Assembly: GCA_050248855.1 (NCBI GenBank)
Contig: JBFWRP010000019.1
Location: 21,611-85,610, forward strand
DNA length: 64,000 nucleotides
Direction: 5' to 3'
DNA from: Planctomycetota bacterium
GTDB taxonomy: Bacteria; Planctomycetota; PLA2; JAEUHO01
Part shown: in pieces, positions 12,445 to 21,156 of the stretch
How the letters are laid out: each line of letters opens with the position of its first letter
How positions within the stretch are numbered: position 1 is the first letter of the stretch
The notes under the pieces: generated by a model
The model's database searches: none
Seen by the model: the letters and a program-made list of their open reading frames with translations, nothing else
What the model was told of the DNA's origin: nothing
Translations under genes and position numbers: made by a program

Positions 12445-12660
12445 GAGAGGGGGCCCCGGGATTCCGGACGAATCCGGTCGCTGGATCGGAAACCCGGAAA
12501 CCCCGACCCCTTCTCCTGCGTCTGTACCGATGAGCGCGCGGGGGCAACCCCGACGTTCATCGGGGGTCGAGCTCGATCTCCTGCCCTTCCCTCCTCCCTC
12601 CCTCCCACCGAGCTCCCCCGGCCGGCCAGGACCTTCGGGTCCTGGCCGGCAGTCTTTTTG
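12445..12660 (+). ncRNA. Candidate structured small RNA or structured 3' UTR
   Basis: Four consecutive hairpins, including GCAA and UUCG tetraloops and a CU-rich loop, ending in a U-tract. No family recognised. Confidence 0.4.
12621..12660 (+). terminator. Intrinsic terminator
   Basis: Perfect 13-bp stem GCCGGCCAGGACC-TTCG-GGTCCTGGCCGGC followed by AGTCTTTTT. Confidence 0.8.
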
Positions 12661-12725
12661 GACCCGGCGTTCACCCCCTGGGGTGCGCGGGTGCGGCTCG
12701 CCAGATGCTCGGTGCCGCGGCGTGC

Positions 12726-15404
12726 TCAGACGCTCGTCGGGCGGGGCTTCTCGGGGTTGATGCCGAGATCGGCGAGGCCCTTGGCGGCGGCCTTGGTCGT
12801 GATCGTGCCCTCTTGGGCAAGCGCGTGCACCGCCGCGGCAGCGATCCAGCGCGCGTCGACCTCGAAATGCTCGCGCAGTGCTTCGCGGGTGTCGCTCATG
12901 CCGAAGCCGTCGGTGCCCAGCGTGATGTAGCGGTTGGGTACCCAGCGGGAGATCTGGTCGGGCACGAGCTTGATGTAGTCGGTGGCCGCCACGATGGGCC
13001 CGTCATGTTCCTCGAGCACGCGCTCGATGTAGGTCTTGCGCGGCGTCGCGTCGGGGTGGAGGCGGTTCCAGCGCTCGGCCGTCAGCGCGTCATGGCGCAG
13101 CTGCTGGTAGCTCGTGGCACTCCACACGTTCGCGGAGACGTCGAACTTCTCCGCGAGGAGCGCCTGCGCCTCGAGCGCCTGGTTGAGGATGCAGGCGCTG
13201 CCGAACAGCTGGACGTGCTTCTTCCTCTTCGTCTCGGCGCGCCGATAGAGGTACAGGCCCTTGACGACGCCCTCTTCGACACCCTCGGGCATGGGCGGCT
13301 GCTCGTAGTTCTCGTTCTGGATCGTGATGTAGTAGAAGACGTCCTGCTCTTCGCCGATCATGCGGCGCAGGCCTTCGCGCACGATGATCGCGATCTCGTA
13401 GGCCCACGCCGGGTCGTAGGAAATCAGGTTGGGGATGACGGCGGCCAGGATGTGGCTGTGGCCGTCTTCGTGCTGCAGGCCTTCGCCGTTGAGCGTCGTA
13501 CGACCGGCGGTCGCGCCCATGAGGAAGCCGCGGCCGCGCATGTCCGCGAACGCCCAAGCCAAGTCGCCGACGCGCTGGAAGCCGAACATCGAATAGAACG
13601 TGTAGAAGGGCACCATCGGCTCGCCGTGCGTGGCGTAGGACGTGCCCGCGGCCGTGAAGGAGGCCATGGAGCCGGCCTCCGTGATGCCCTCCTCCAGGAC
13701 CTGTCCGTCGCGCGTCTCGCGGTAGTACAGGAGCTGGCCCTTGTCCACGGGCTCGTACAGCTGGCCGAACGCGGCGTAGATGCCGACTTGGCGGAACAGC
13801 GGCTCCATGCCGAACGTGCGCGCCTCGTCGGGGATGATCGGGACGACGCGACGCCCCAGCTCGGGGTCCTTGATCAGCTTCGTGAGCAGCCGCACGAACG
13901 CCATGGTGGTGCTGACGCCGCCCGGGTTCTTCGTGCCCAGCATGAACTCGTCGTAGAGGTCGCTGCCGGGAACCGCGACCTTGACCTTGGGGTTGGGCCA
14001 ACGCTTGGGCATCAGGCCGCCGAGCCGGCGACGGCACTCGAGCACGTACTCCACCTCGGGGCTGTCCGGCCCGGGGTGGTAGTAGGGGGCATCGGGAAGC
14101 GCGGCGTCGGAGATCGGCAGGCCGAGGCGGTCGCGGAAGGCACGCAGGTCGTCCAGCGACATCTTCTTCATCTGGTGCGTGACGTTCTTGGCCTCGAAGC
14201 CCTCGCCCAGGGCGAAGCCCTTGACGGTCTGGGCGAGCACGACCGTGGGTCGGCCCTTGTGGTCCACGGCCGCCCGGAAGGCCGCATGGATCTTGCGCAG
14301 GTCGTGACCGCCGCGACGCATGGCCCAGATGTCGTCGTCGGTCAGGTGGGCCGCCAGCGCCATCAGCTGCGGGTCGGTGCCGAAGAGATGCTTGCGGATG
14401 TAGGCGCCGTCCTCGGCGCGGAACCGCTGCATCTGGCCGTCGACGATGTCGTTGAAGCGGCTGCGCAGGAGCCCATGGACATCGCGGGCGAGCAAGTCGT
14501 CCCACTCCGTGCCCCAGAGCACCTTGATCACGTTCCAGCCGGCTCCGCGGAAGACCGTCTCCAGCTCTTGCACGATCTTGCCGTTGCCGCGCACGGGCCC
14601 GTCCAGGCGCTGCAAGTTGCAGTTGACGACCCACGTCAGGTTGTCGAGGCCTTCGCGCGTGGCCACGGACAGGGCGCCCAGCGTTTCGGGCTCGTCCGTC
14701 TCGCCGTCGCCGACGAAGCACCACACGCGGCTGCCGCTGGTGTCGACGATTCCACGCGCGGACAGATAGCGGTTGAAGCGCGCCTGGTAGATCGAGCTGA
14801 TCGGGCCCAAGCCCATGCTGACCGTCGGGAACTCCCAGTACTCGGGCATGAGGCGCGGGTGCGGGTACGATGAGAGCCCGGAGCCTCGCTTGGTTTCGCG
14901 GCGGAAGCTGTCGAGCAGCTCCTCGCTCATGCGCCCCTCCAGGTAGGAGCGCGCGTAGATGCCGGGTGAGGCGTGACCCTGGAAGTAGATCTGGTCGCCG
15001 GCGGAACCGTCTTCCTTGCCGCGGAAGAAGTGGTGGAAGCCGACGTCGTACAGGTCGGCCGCGGACGCGAAGGTGGAGATGTGGCCGCCGAGACCGCTGA
15101 AGTTCACGTTGGCGCGGCTGACCATGACGGCCGCGTTCCAGCGGATGATGTCGCCGATCCGCTCCTCCATGGCCTCGTCGCCCGGGTACGGCGGCTCGAG
15201 CTCCGGAGGAATCGTGTTGACGTAGTCCGTGTTGAGGAGGCGGTCCGGAACGTACCCACCGTGTCGTGCGCGGTCGAGCAGGCGCGCGAGCAGGTAGCGC
15301 GCGCGGTCAGGCCCCTGGCTGGCGAGCACGGCCTCGATCGAGTCGATCCACTCGCGGGTCTCGACCGGATCGTTGTCGTTCTGCCTGGTTCCGTAGAGCG
15401 TCAC
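12726..15404 (-). CDS. aceE: Pyruvate dehydrogenase E1, homodimeric type
   Basis: DPVETREWIDS, GGHISTFAS, LSSYPHP, GDGETDEPE...NCNLQRLDGPVRGNGK and TTLNGEGLQHEDGHS motifs. Confidence 0.97.
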   Translation of the reverse strand: MTLYGTRQNDNDPVETREWIDSIEAVLASQGPDRARYLLARLLDRARHGGYVPDRLLNTDYVNTIPPELEPPYPGDEAMEERIGDIIRWNAAVMVSRANVNFSGLGGHISTFASAADLYDVGFHHFFRGKEDGSAGDQIYFQGHASPGIYARSYLEGRMSEELLDSFRRETKRGSGLSSYPHPRLMPEYWEFPTVSMGLGPISSIYQARFNRYLSARGIVDTSGSRVWCFVGDGETDEPETLGALSVATREGLDNLTWVVNCNLQRLDGPVRGNGKIVQELETVFRGAGWNVIKVLWGTEWDDLLARDVHGLLRSRFNDIVDGQMQRFRAEDGAYIRKHLFGTDPQLMALAAHLTDDDIWAMRRGGHDLRKIHAAFRAAVDHKGRPTVVLAQTVKGFALGEGFEAKNVTHQMKKMSLDDLRAFRDRLGLPISDAALPDAPYYHPGPDSPEVEYVLECRRRLGGLMPKRWPNPKVKVAVPGSDLYDEFMLGTKNPGGVSTTMAFVRLLTKLIKDPELGRRVVPIIPDEARTFGMEPLFRQVGIYAAFGQLYEPVDKGQLLYYRETRDGQVLEEGITEAGSMASFTAAGTSYATHGEPMVPFYTFYSMFGFQRVGDLAWAFADMRGRGFLMGATAGRTTLNGEGLQHEDGHSHILAAVIPNLISYDPAWAYEIAIIVREGLRRMIGEEQDVFYYITIQNENYEQPPMPEGVEEGVVKGLYLYRRAETKRKKHVQLFGSACILNQALEAQALLAEKFDVSANVWSATSYQQLRHDALTAERWNRLHPDATPRKTYIERVLEEHDGPIVAATDYIKLVPDQISRWVPNRYITLGTDGFGMSDTREALREHFEVDARWIAAAAVHALAQEGTITTKAAAKGLADLGINPEKPRPTSV

Positions 15405-15464
15405 CGCGCGCGCCTCCCGTCCCGGTTTTCCGGGCGCGTCACGGTACCACCTGGGGCGCAGGCG

Positions 15465-17081
15465 TCAGCGCAGCGCGCAGCCCACCCCGCAGAGGTGCGC
15501 CCCGACAGGGCCGACCTCTTCCGCGTCCGCCGCCATCGTCGACTTCGAGAGCCCGACACCGAGGCGGCCGGCGCCCGGCAAGGCCGCGCGCAGCGTCAGG
15601 ATGTCCTCGGGCAGGAAGGCGTACTCCGTCAGCGGATGGATCGAGATCCACGAGTTCATGATCGACCCGTCCGTGGTGCGGTAGGTGTGGCCCACGCCCA
15701 GGCTGTGGGCGATCTCGTGGGCCAGTGCGGCGGCCACGCTGCGGGCCAAGCCCCACGCGACGTAGGCGATGTCCTCGGCCCGCGAGTCGATGGCGCGACC
15801 TTCGTACAGCAGGGCGTCCAGGCGCGTCAGGTCCGCGTCGGCCAGGGGCGTGACGATGCAGGCGCGCTGCTCGAGCTGGTACGTGCCGAGCACGTGCTCC
15901 ACGACACGGTTCACGAACACGCCGAGCGGGCCGAGGGCGCCGCCCGGGCTGTTGTTCTCGTGGACGCGGTTGCCTTCGTCGTTCATCGCAACGCCCAGCG
16001 TGCCCGTCTGGTCGATCGCACTGAGCGCCATGACGCTGTAGGCCGAGGCGTGACCACCCAGCCACCGTCCCGCCGCGGCGTACGTGTAGGTCTGCTCGGG
16101 CCGTTGGATCGGGAAGGAAATGGCGAGCCCGGTCGCGCCACTTTCGCCGCTCGCCTCGCGCAGGTAGTGGCGGTTCAAGCGCTCGAGCACCGTGCGCCGC
16201 ACGTAGAGGTCCGCCTTCTGGTCCACCGCGCGCCCCAGCGTGCCGTAGCTGTCGCGGCCGCGCAGCCCCAGCTCGGCGAGCGCGGCGTGCCAGTCGGATG
16301 CGAACGGGTGGACGCCCTCCTTGGGCTCGAAATCGACGTACCAGACGTCGGTCGTGCCGAAGCGTGCGATGTGTCCCGCGACCGGGTCCGGGCAAACGTG
16401 CAGGTCGAGCACGGCCGTCTGGCCCGTCGTCGTGTCCGTGGCGCGCAGGACATCCGTCGTGCCGCCGAGCGGGGACGGCCCCGGTACGTAGCGAGCGCGG
16501 CCATTCGCCTCGGGGACGAGGGTGCCCTCGGTCCCCGCGTGCGTGACGTCCCACGTGACCTCGCCGATCGCGCCCACGGCCTGTAGGCGCACGAGCCGGC
16601 CGCTCCAGGCCTCTCCCAGCTCCAGGCCGGCGGTCGCGGTGATGGCGAACGCATCGACGGGGAGGACGAGCGAGCGATCGGCCTCCTCCGCACCGGACCG
16701 TGCGCGGACGACCACGGGGAAGGCGCCCGTCTCCTCGGGCAGCCCGATGACGCGGCCGTCGCTGGTCAGGGTGAGGCCCGCCGGCAGCCGGCCGAACAGG
16801 AGGTCGAAGGTGACCGCGCCCGAGCCCCCGCGCGTCTCGATGCGCGTCGCCGGGTAGGGGACGTCGCGTTGGGCGCCCGGCAGCTGGGACGTCACGATCG
16901 TCAGCGCCTCTGCCGAGGCGCCGGCCTGCTGGCCGCCGCTGCCCAGATCGGTGGTGCCGGAGAGGAGGCCCTGGCCGCAGCCCGTCAGCAGGGCCAACCC
17001 AAGGCCCAGGACGGCACAGGCACAAGCCCGGACGAGCGCCCTGGGCCCCCGTCCGCCGGTCGTGTCGGAACGTTCGAACAT
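15465..17081 (-). CDS. Lipoprotein with Ig-like (He_PIG) domain and metzincin-type Zn peptidase domain
   Basis: Lipobox LTGC, LPAGLTLTSDGRVIGLP Ig motif, HEIAHSLGVGH and Met-turn SIM. Start uncertain. Confidence 0.7.
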   Translation of the reverse strand: MFERSDTTGGRGPRALVRACACAVLGLGLALLTGCGQGLLSGTTDLGSGGQQAGASAEALTIVTSQLPGAQRDVPYPATRIETRGGSGAVTFDLLFGRLPAGLTLTSDGRVIGLPEETGAFPVVVRARSGAEEADRSLVLPVDAFAITATAGLELGEAWSGRLVRLQAVGAIGEVTWDVTHAGTEGTLVPEANGRARYVPGPSPLGGTTDVLRATDTTTGQTAVLDLHVCPDPVAGHIARFGTTDVWYVDFEPKEGVHPFASDWHAALAELGLRGRDSYGTLGRAVDQKADLYVRRTVLERLNRHYLREASGESGATGLAISFPIQRPEQTYTYAAAGRWLGGHASAYSVMALSAIDQTGTLGVAMNDEGNRVHENNSPGGALGPLGVFVNRVVEHVLGTYQLEQRACIVTPLADADLTRLDALLYEGRAIDSRAEDIAYVAWGLARSVAAALAHEIAHSLGVGHTYRTTDGSIMNSWISIHPLTEYAFLPEDILTLRAALPGAGRLGVGLSKSTMAADAEEVGPVGAHLCGVGCALR

Positions 17082-17325
17082 GGGGTGCGCCTCGCGGCAC
17101 ACCGCATCCCTTGCAGACGGGACCTGCCACCGTCCCGCCACCTCACGCGGCACCTATCGACAGCCTGCGGGAGCCCCCTGTAGCGCGGCCCTGCTGCGGA
17201 GCGGTCGTGGGCAGGGCGAGCCAGGAGCCCACCCCGGAATTCCGGGGCGGTGAAAGCCTTGAAAACAGGGCTCCCGAGACGTCGGCGTGCGCGGGGTGTC
17301 CTCGGACCGACCCTGGCCGAGGCGC

Positions 17326-18762
17326 CTACACCCGCAGCGACGCATCCTCGCCCAGGCGCTCCTGGTAGGGGGCCAGGGCCGGGTGGGCGTGGCCCACGAG
17401 GAAGAGGCGCGTCTGGCGGGAGGCGAGGCCCGTGTAGCGCTCGGGCGTCATGAGGTCGGCCCAGTCCAGGTCCAGCGCGCGGAAGGCGGCGTCGGCCTTG
17501 AGGCGGTCGAGCAGGTCGTTGGGGAGGCCGGAGAGGACTTGCTCCTTGGCGGCGAGGCTGTGCTGACGCACGCGCTCGTGCAGCGCCTGGCGATCGCCCC
17601 CGGCGCGCGTGGCACGCAACAAGATGTCCTCCGTGGCCATGAACGGGAGCTCGTTCACGAGCCGCATGCGCGCAACAGCCGTGTTCACGTGCAGGCCGCG
17701 CGCCACGTTGGTCACGAGGCGCAGGATGGCATCCACGCCGAGGAACGCCTCCGGCAGGAAGATGCGCCGGCCCGCGCTGTCGTCGAGCGTGCGCTCGAGC
17801 CACTGCGTGCCCGCCATCATGGCCGCTTCCGGTACGAGGGCGATGACGTGGCGCGCCAACGACGTGATGCGCTCCGTGCGCATCGGGTTCTGCTTGTAGG
17901 CCATGGCGCTGGAGCCGATCTGCTCCTTCTCGAACGGCTCGGCCAGCTCGCGCAGCCCCGAGAGCAGCCGCACGTCATGGGCAAAGCGCATGGACGAGAC
18001 GGCCACGCCGCCCAGCACGGCCACGATGTCGTAGTCCGAACGCCGCGGATAGGTCTGCCCCGTGACCGGGACCGGGGCGTCGAAGCCCATCTTCTTGGCG
18101 ACGCGCCGATCGAGCTCCTCGCACTTCTCGGCATCGCCGTCGAAGAGCCCCAGGAACGACGCCTGCGTCCCGGTCGTTCCCTTGCTACCGCGGAACGGGA
18201 CGCGCTGCAGGGCCGCGCGCACCGCCTCGAGGTCCGCCAACAGGTCCTGCAGCCAGAGGCAGGCTCGCTTGCCCACCGTGGTCGGCTGGGCCGGCTGGAA
18301 GTGCGTGTAGGCGAGACAGGGGATGTCCGCGTTGGTTTCGGCGAAGTCCGCCAGCGCCGCACAGGCGTTGGCGAGGCTCGTCTCCACACGCCGCAGCGCC
18401 TCGCGCAGCACGATGGCGTCGGCGTTGTCCGTGACGAAGCAGCTGGTGGCGCCCATGTGCAAGATGCCGCGCGCCTCGGGCGCCGCGTCCCCGAACGCGT
18501 GCACGTGGGCCATCACGTCGTGGCGGAAGCGGGCTTCGTAGGTGGCCGCCTTGTCGAAGTCGATGTCGTCGCGCGCTGCCTGGAGGGCCTCGATCTGCTT
18601 TCGCGTGATGGGCAGCCCCAGCTCGTGCTCGGCCGACGCCAGCGCAATCCACAAGTCGCGCCAGATCTCGATGCGACGCCGTGCGCTGAAGAGCCTGCGC
18701 ATCGGGGCGCCGGCATAGCGCGTGACCAGGGGGCTCTCGTAGTCGTCGTGACGGTCGGTCAA
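17326..18762 (-). CDS. purB: Adenylosuccinate lyase
   Basis: YESPLVTRY, HDVMAHVH, HMGATS, THFQPAQPTTVGKR and GSSAMAYKQNP motifs. TTG start overlaps the upstream stop. Confidence 0.96.
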   Translation of the reverse strand: MTDRHDDYESPLVTRYAGAPMRRLFSARRRIEIWRDLWIALASAEHELGLPITRKQIEALQAARDDIDFDKAATYEARFRHDVMAHVHAFGDAAPEARGILHMGATSCFVTDNADAIVLREALRRVETSLANACAALADFAETNADIPCLAYTHFQPAQPTTVGKRACLWLQDLLADLEAVRAALQRVPFRGSKGTTGTQASFLGLFDGDAEKCEELDRRVAKKMGFDAPVPVTGQTYPRRSDYDIVAVLGGVAVSSMRFAHDVRLLSGLRELAEPFEKEQIGSSAMAYKQNPMRTERITSLARHVIALVPEAAMMAGTQWLERTLDDSAGRRIFLPEAFLGVDAILRLVTNVARGLHVNTAVARMRLVNELPFMATEDILLRATRAGGDRQALHERVRQHSLAAKEQVLSGLPNDLLDRLKADAAFRALDLDWADLMTPERYTGLASRQTRLFLVGHAHPALAPYQERLGEDASLRV

Positions 18763-19304
18763 GGGGTCCTCGGGGGCAGCAGCACGAGATCGCCCGACCC
18801 GTTCGGGTCGTGGGCCACGTGCCAGCGGTCGGGAGACGGAGCCGGGAACGCGGGATCGCTCAGGCGCTCGTCCACGTACTGGGCGAAGTAGTAGAACGCG
18901 CGCTGGATCGTGCCCTTCACGTAGCGCGTGCCGGGGTTGAGCCCCGCCAGGTCGGAGCGCACCTGCAGGACTTCCAGCCGACCGCCGACGTCGGCCTTGG
19001 CTCGCGCGGCCGACGTGGTGGCCGCACGGTCCGGGAACGTGCGGAGCTCCATGCGCAGGTCCCCGAGCACGTGGTTGACCAGCTCGAGATCGGGCATCTC
19101 CCCGGCCTCCAGGCGCTCGTAGGCTTCGCGCAGCAGCTCGAGGTTGTTCAGCAAGTACGCCTGGGCTTTCGCACGAGGCCAGTCCGGGCCGTTCTCGAAG
19201 TCGCGGTGGCGCGGCGGGATGAACGCCAGCGCCTGTTGGTCACTGGACCAGGTGCGCTGCAGGTTGAGGAGCGCGATCCAGTAGCGTTGCTGCTCGGGGA
19301 TCAC
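18759..19304 (-). CDS. Hypothetical protein
   Basis: 4-nt overlaps with both neighbours and GC3-biased codons. Confidence 0.7.
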   Translation of the reverse strand: MIPEQQRYWIALLNLQRTWSSDQQALAFIPPRHRDFENGPDWPRAKAQAYLLNNLELLREAYERLEAGEMPDLELVNHVLGDLRMELRTFPDRAATTSAARAKADVGGRLEVLQVRSDLAGLNPGTRYVKGTIQRAFYYFAQYVDERLSDPAFPAPSPDRWHVAHDPNGSGDLVLLPPRTP

Positions 19305-20200
19305 GGCAGCGGCTCCGGCGGCGGGAGGAGCTCGTCGTCGCGGAGCAGCTGCTCGAGCTGGGCCCGTGTCTCGCCGTCGAGGTGGCCCTTGGCGATGGCC
19401 ACCTGCAACGTGCGCCGCGCCAGGGTCCGGTACAGCGTGCCCAGCGGCGGCGGCAGGTCGGCCAGGGCCCGCAGATGCCGCCGGATGGTGCCGACATCGC
19501 CCCGCGCGATCGGCCCGGTGAGGGCGTCCGGGATACCCACCGTGTCGAGGTTGGCGAGCGTGCCCCGCACGAGCGGCAGCAGGGCGGGCAGGGCGAGGTC
19601 CGGCTCGATCCCTGCGCGCGTCATCAGCTCCACGGCGTAGTCCATGAGGCCCACGACGAAGTTGGACGCCGCCGAGGCCGCAGCGTGATACAGCGCCTTG
19701 CTGCCCGAGCCCATGCGCAGGGGTCGTCCGCCGAGCGTGACGACAACGGACTGGAGCACCTCCACCGCTTCCGCGTCGCCCTCGATGGCGAAGAACGTGT
19801 CCGGCAGCATCGCGAGCGCCGTCTCGACGTCCGCGAAGCTCTGGAGCGGATGCATCGCACCGCGCAAGCCCCCCGCGGCCACGACGCCCGACAGGATTCC
19901 GGCCGGCAGGCCGCCCGCGAAGTGGGCCACGACGGCGCCCTTGCGCAGCGCCCCGCCAGCCGCCACTTGGATGGCCACGCCGGCGATCGCCCGATCGGGC
20001 ACGGCCAGCATCACCAAGTCGGCTCCGAGCGCGGCCATCGCCGGGTCGCCCACCACTTCGCCCATGCCGATCGAGCTGGCCGCGGCCTGCGCGCTACGCC
20101 GGTTGCGGCTGCAGATCGCCACGACCGAGTACCCCGCGCGCTTGAGCAGGATGCCCAGGGACGTCCCGAGCACGCCTGCCCCGATGATGGCGACCTTCAT
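19301..20200 (-). CDS. Rossmann-like/DUF2520 oxidoreductase (PanG-like)
   Basis: KVAIIGAGVLG, LAVPD, HPLQSF, LYHAAA..ASN and ALTGPIARGD motifs. Confidence 0.88.
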   Translation of the reverse strand: MKVAIIGAGVLGTSLGILLKRAGYSVVAICSRNRRSAQAAASSIGMGEVVGDPAMAALGADLVMLAVPDRAIAGVAIQVAAGGALRKGAVVAHFAGGLPAGILSGVVAAGGLRGAMHPLQSFADVETALAMLPDTFFAIEGDAEAVEVLQSVVVTLGGRPLRMGSGSKALYHAAASAASNFVVGLMDYAVELMTRAGIEPDLALPALLPLVRGTLANLDTVGIPDALTGPIARGDVGTIRRHLRALADLPPPLGTLYRTLARRTLQVAIAKGHLDGETRAQLEQLLRDDELLPPPEPLP

Positions 20201-21042
20201 GCCGGCTCCTCGATGGCCGTGGCGCCCACCGTACCGGCGGACGCGTCCACGTTCTCCCCTCCGGCACGGAGCAGGGCGAAGGGCAGGCGCCAAGCGCCGC
20301 GCGCGGCCGCCAGCCGCAGCAGGCCGCGCACGTACTCCCGTGCCCCCGCGGTGGCGCCGAGGAGCGTGTCCCCGCGGGCCAACCGTGCAGCCAGCGAAGA
20401 GGCGAACGCGCAGCCCGTCCCGTGGAAGGGCCCGCCCTCGACGCGCGGTGCCGAGAAGCGCGCGATCTCTTCCCCGCCCACGAAGACGACGTCGCAGACC
20501 TCGCGACCCGGCGCGTGGCCTCCCGTCACCACGACGCCGCGCGCCGCTCGCGAGAGCAGGCGCCCGGCCCCGTGATCGTCGTTGGTGACTCCCACCACGA
20601 GCGCGCGCGCCTCGGGGCCGTTGGGCGTGATCACGGCGACGCGGGGGACGAGCAGGGTCCTCAGGGCCTCGAGGCCGCTTGCGTCCAGGTGCCAGCCGCC
20701 CGCCGACACGCCGAGCACGGGATCCAGCACGATTGGCACGTCGACATCGCGAAGTGCGTCGTGGACGGCCTCGATCGTCGGGGCATCGGGCAGGAGCCCG
20801 ATCTTGACCACGTGCGGCGGAGCGACGTCCAGCGCGTCGCCGATCTGGGCGCGCACGAGGGCGGCGTCGACGGGGCGGAGGTCCCCGAGGCCGCGGGGGC
20901 CCTGGCTGGTGACCGCACTCACGGCGCCGCTGCCGGTGACGCCGTGCCCAGTCAGCACGGCCAGGTCGGCCGCGATCCCGGCACCGCCGGTGGGGTCCCA
21001 CCCGGCGATCACCAGGGCACGGGGGGGTGAGGCTAGGCGCAC
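20197..21042 (-). CDS. thiD: Hydroxymethylpyrimidine/phosphomethylpyrimidine kinase
   Basis: IAGWDPTGGAGIAADL, VKIGLL, VLDPVL, ITPNGPEA and HGTGC motifs. GTG start at 21042 is tentative. Confidence 0.88.
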   Translation of the reverse strand: MRLASPPRALVIAGWDPTGGAGIAADLAVLTGHGVTGSGAVSAVTSQGPRGLGDLRPVDAALVRAQIGDALDVAPPHVVKIGLLPDAPTIEAVHDALRDVDVPIVLDPVLGVSAGGWHLDASGLEALRTLLVPRVAVITPNGPEARALVVGVTNDDHGAGRLLSRAARGVVVTGGHAPGREVCDVVFVGGEEIARFSAPRVEGGPFHGTGCAFASSLAARLARGDTLLGATAGAREYVRGLLRLAAARGAWRLPFALLRAGGENVDASAGTVGATAIEEPA

Positions 21043-21156
21043 AGGCGGGCATGGTGCCTGCGCGGAGGGCACGCGTCCACCCCGCCGGGCCGCCCGCCGC
21101 ATGGGGATAGACTCCGCCCCGCCCCCCTGGGGAGGGGGGCGCCGGAGGAGACGCCC

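Noticed and set aside
18759..19304. Resemblance to ABATE/CGNR zinc-finger proteins
   Set aside because: No Cys residues and only impressionistic similarity, so it is left as hypothetical.
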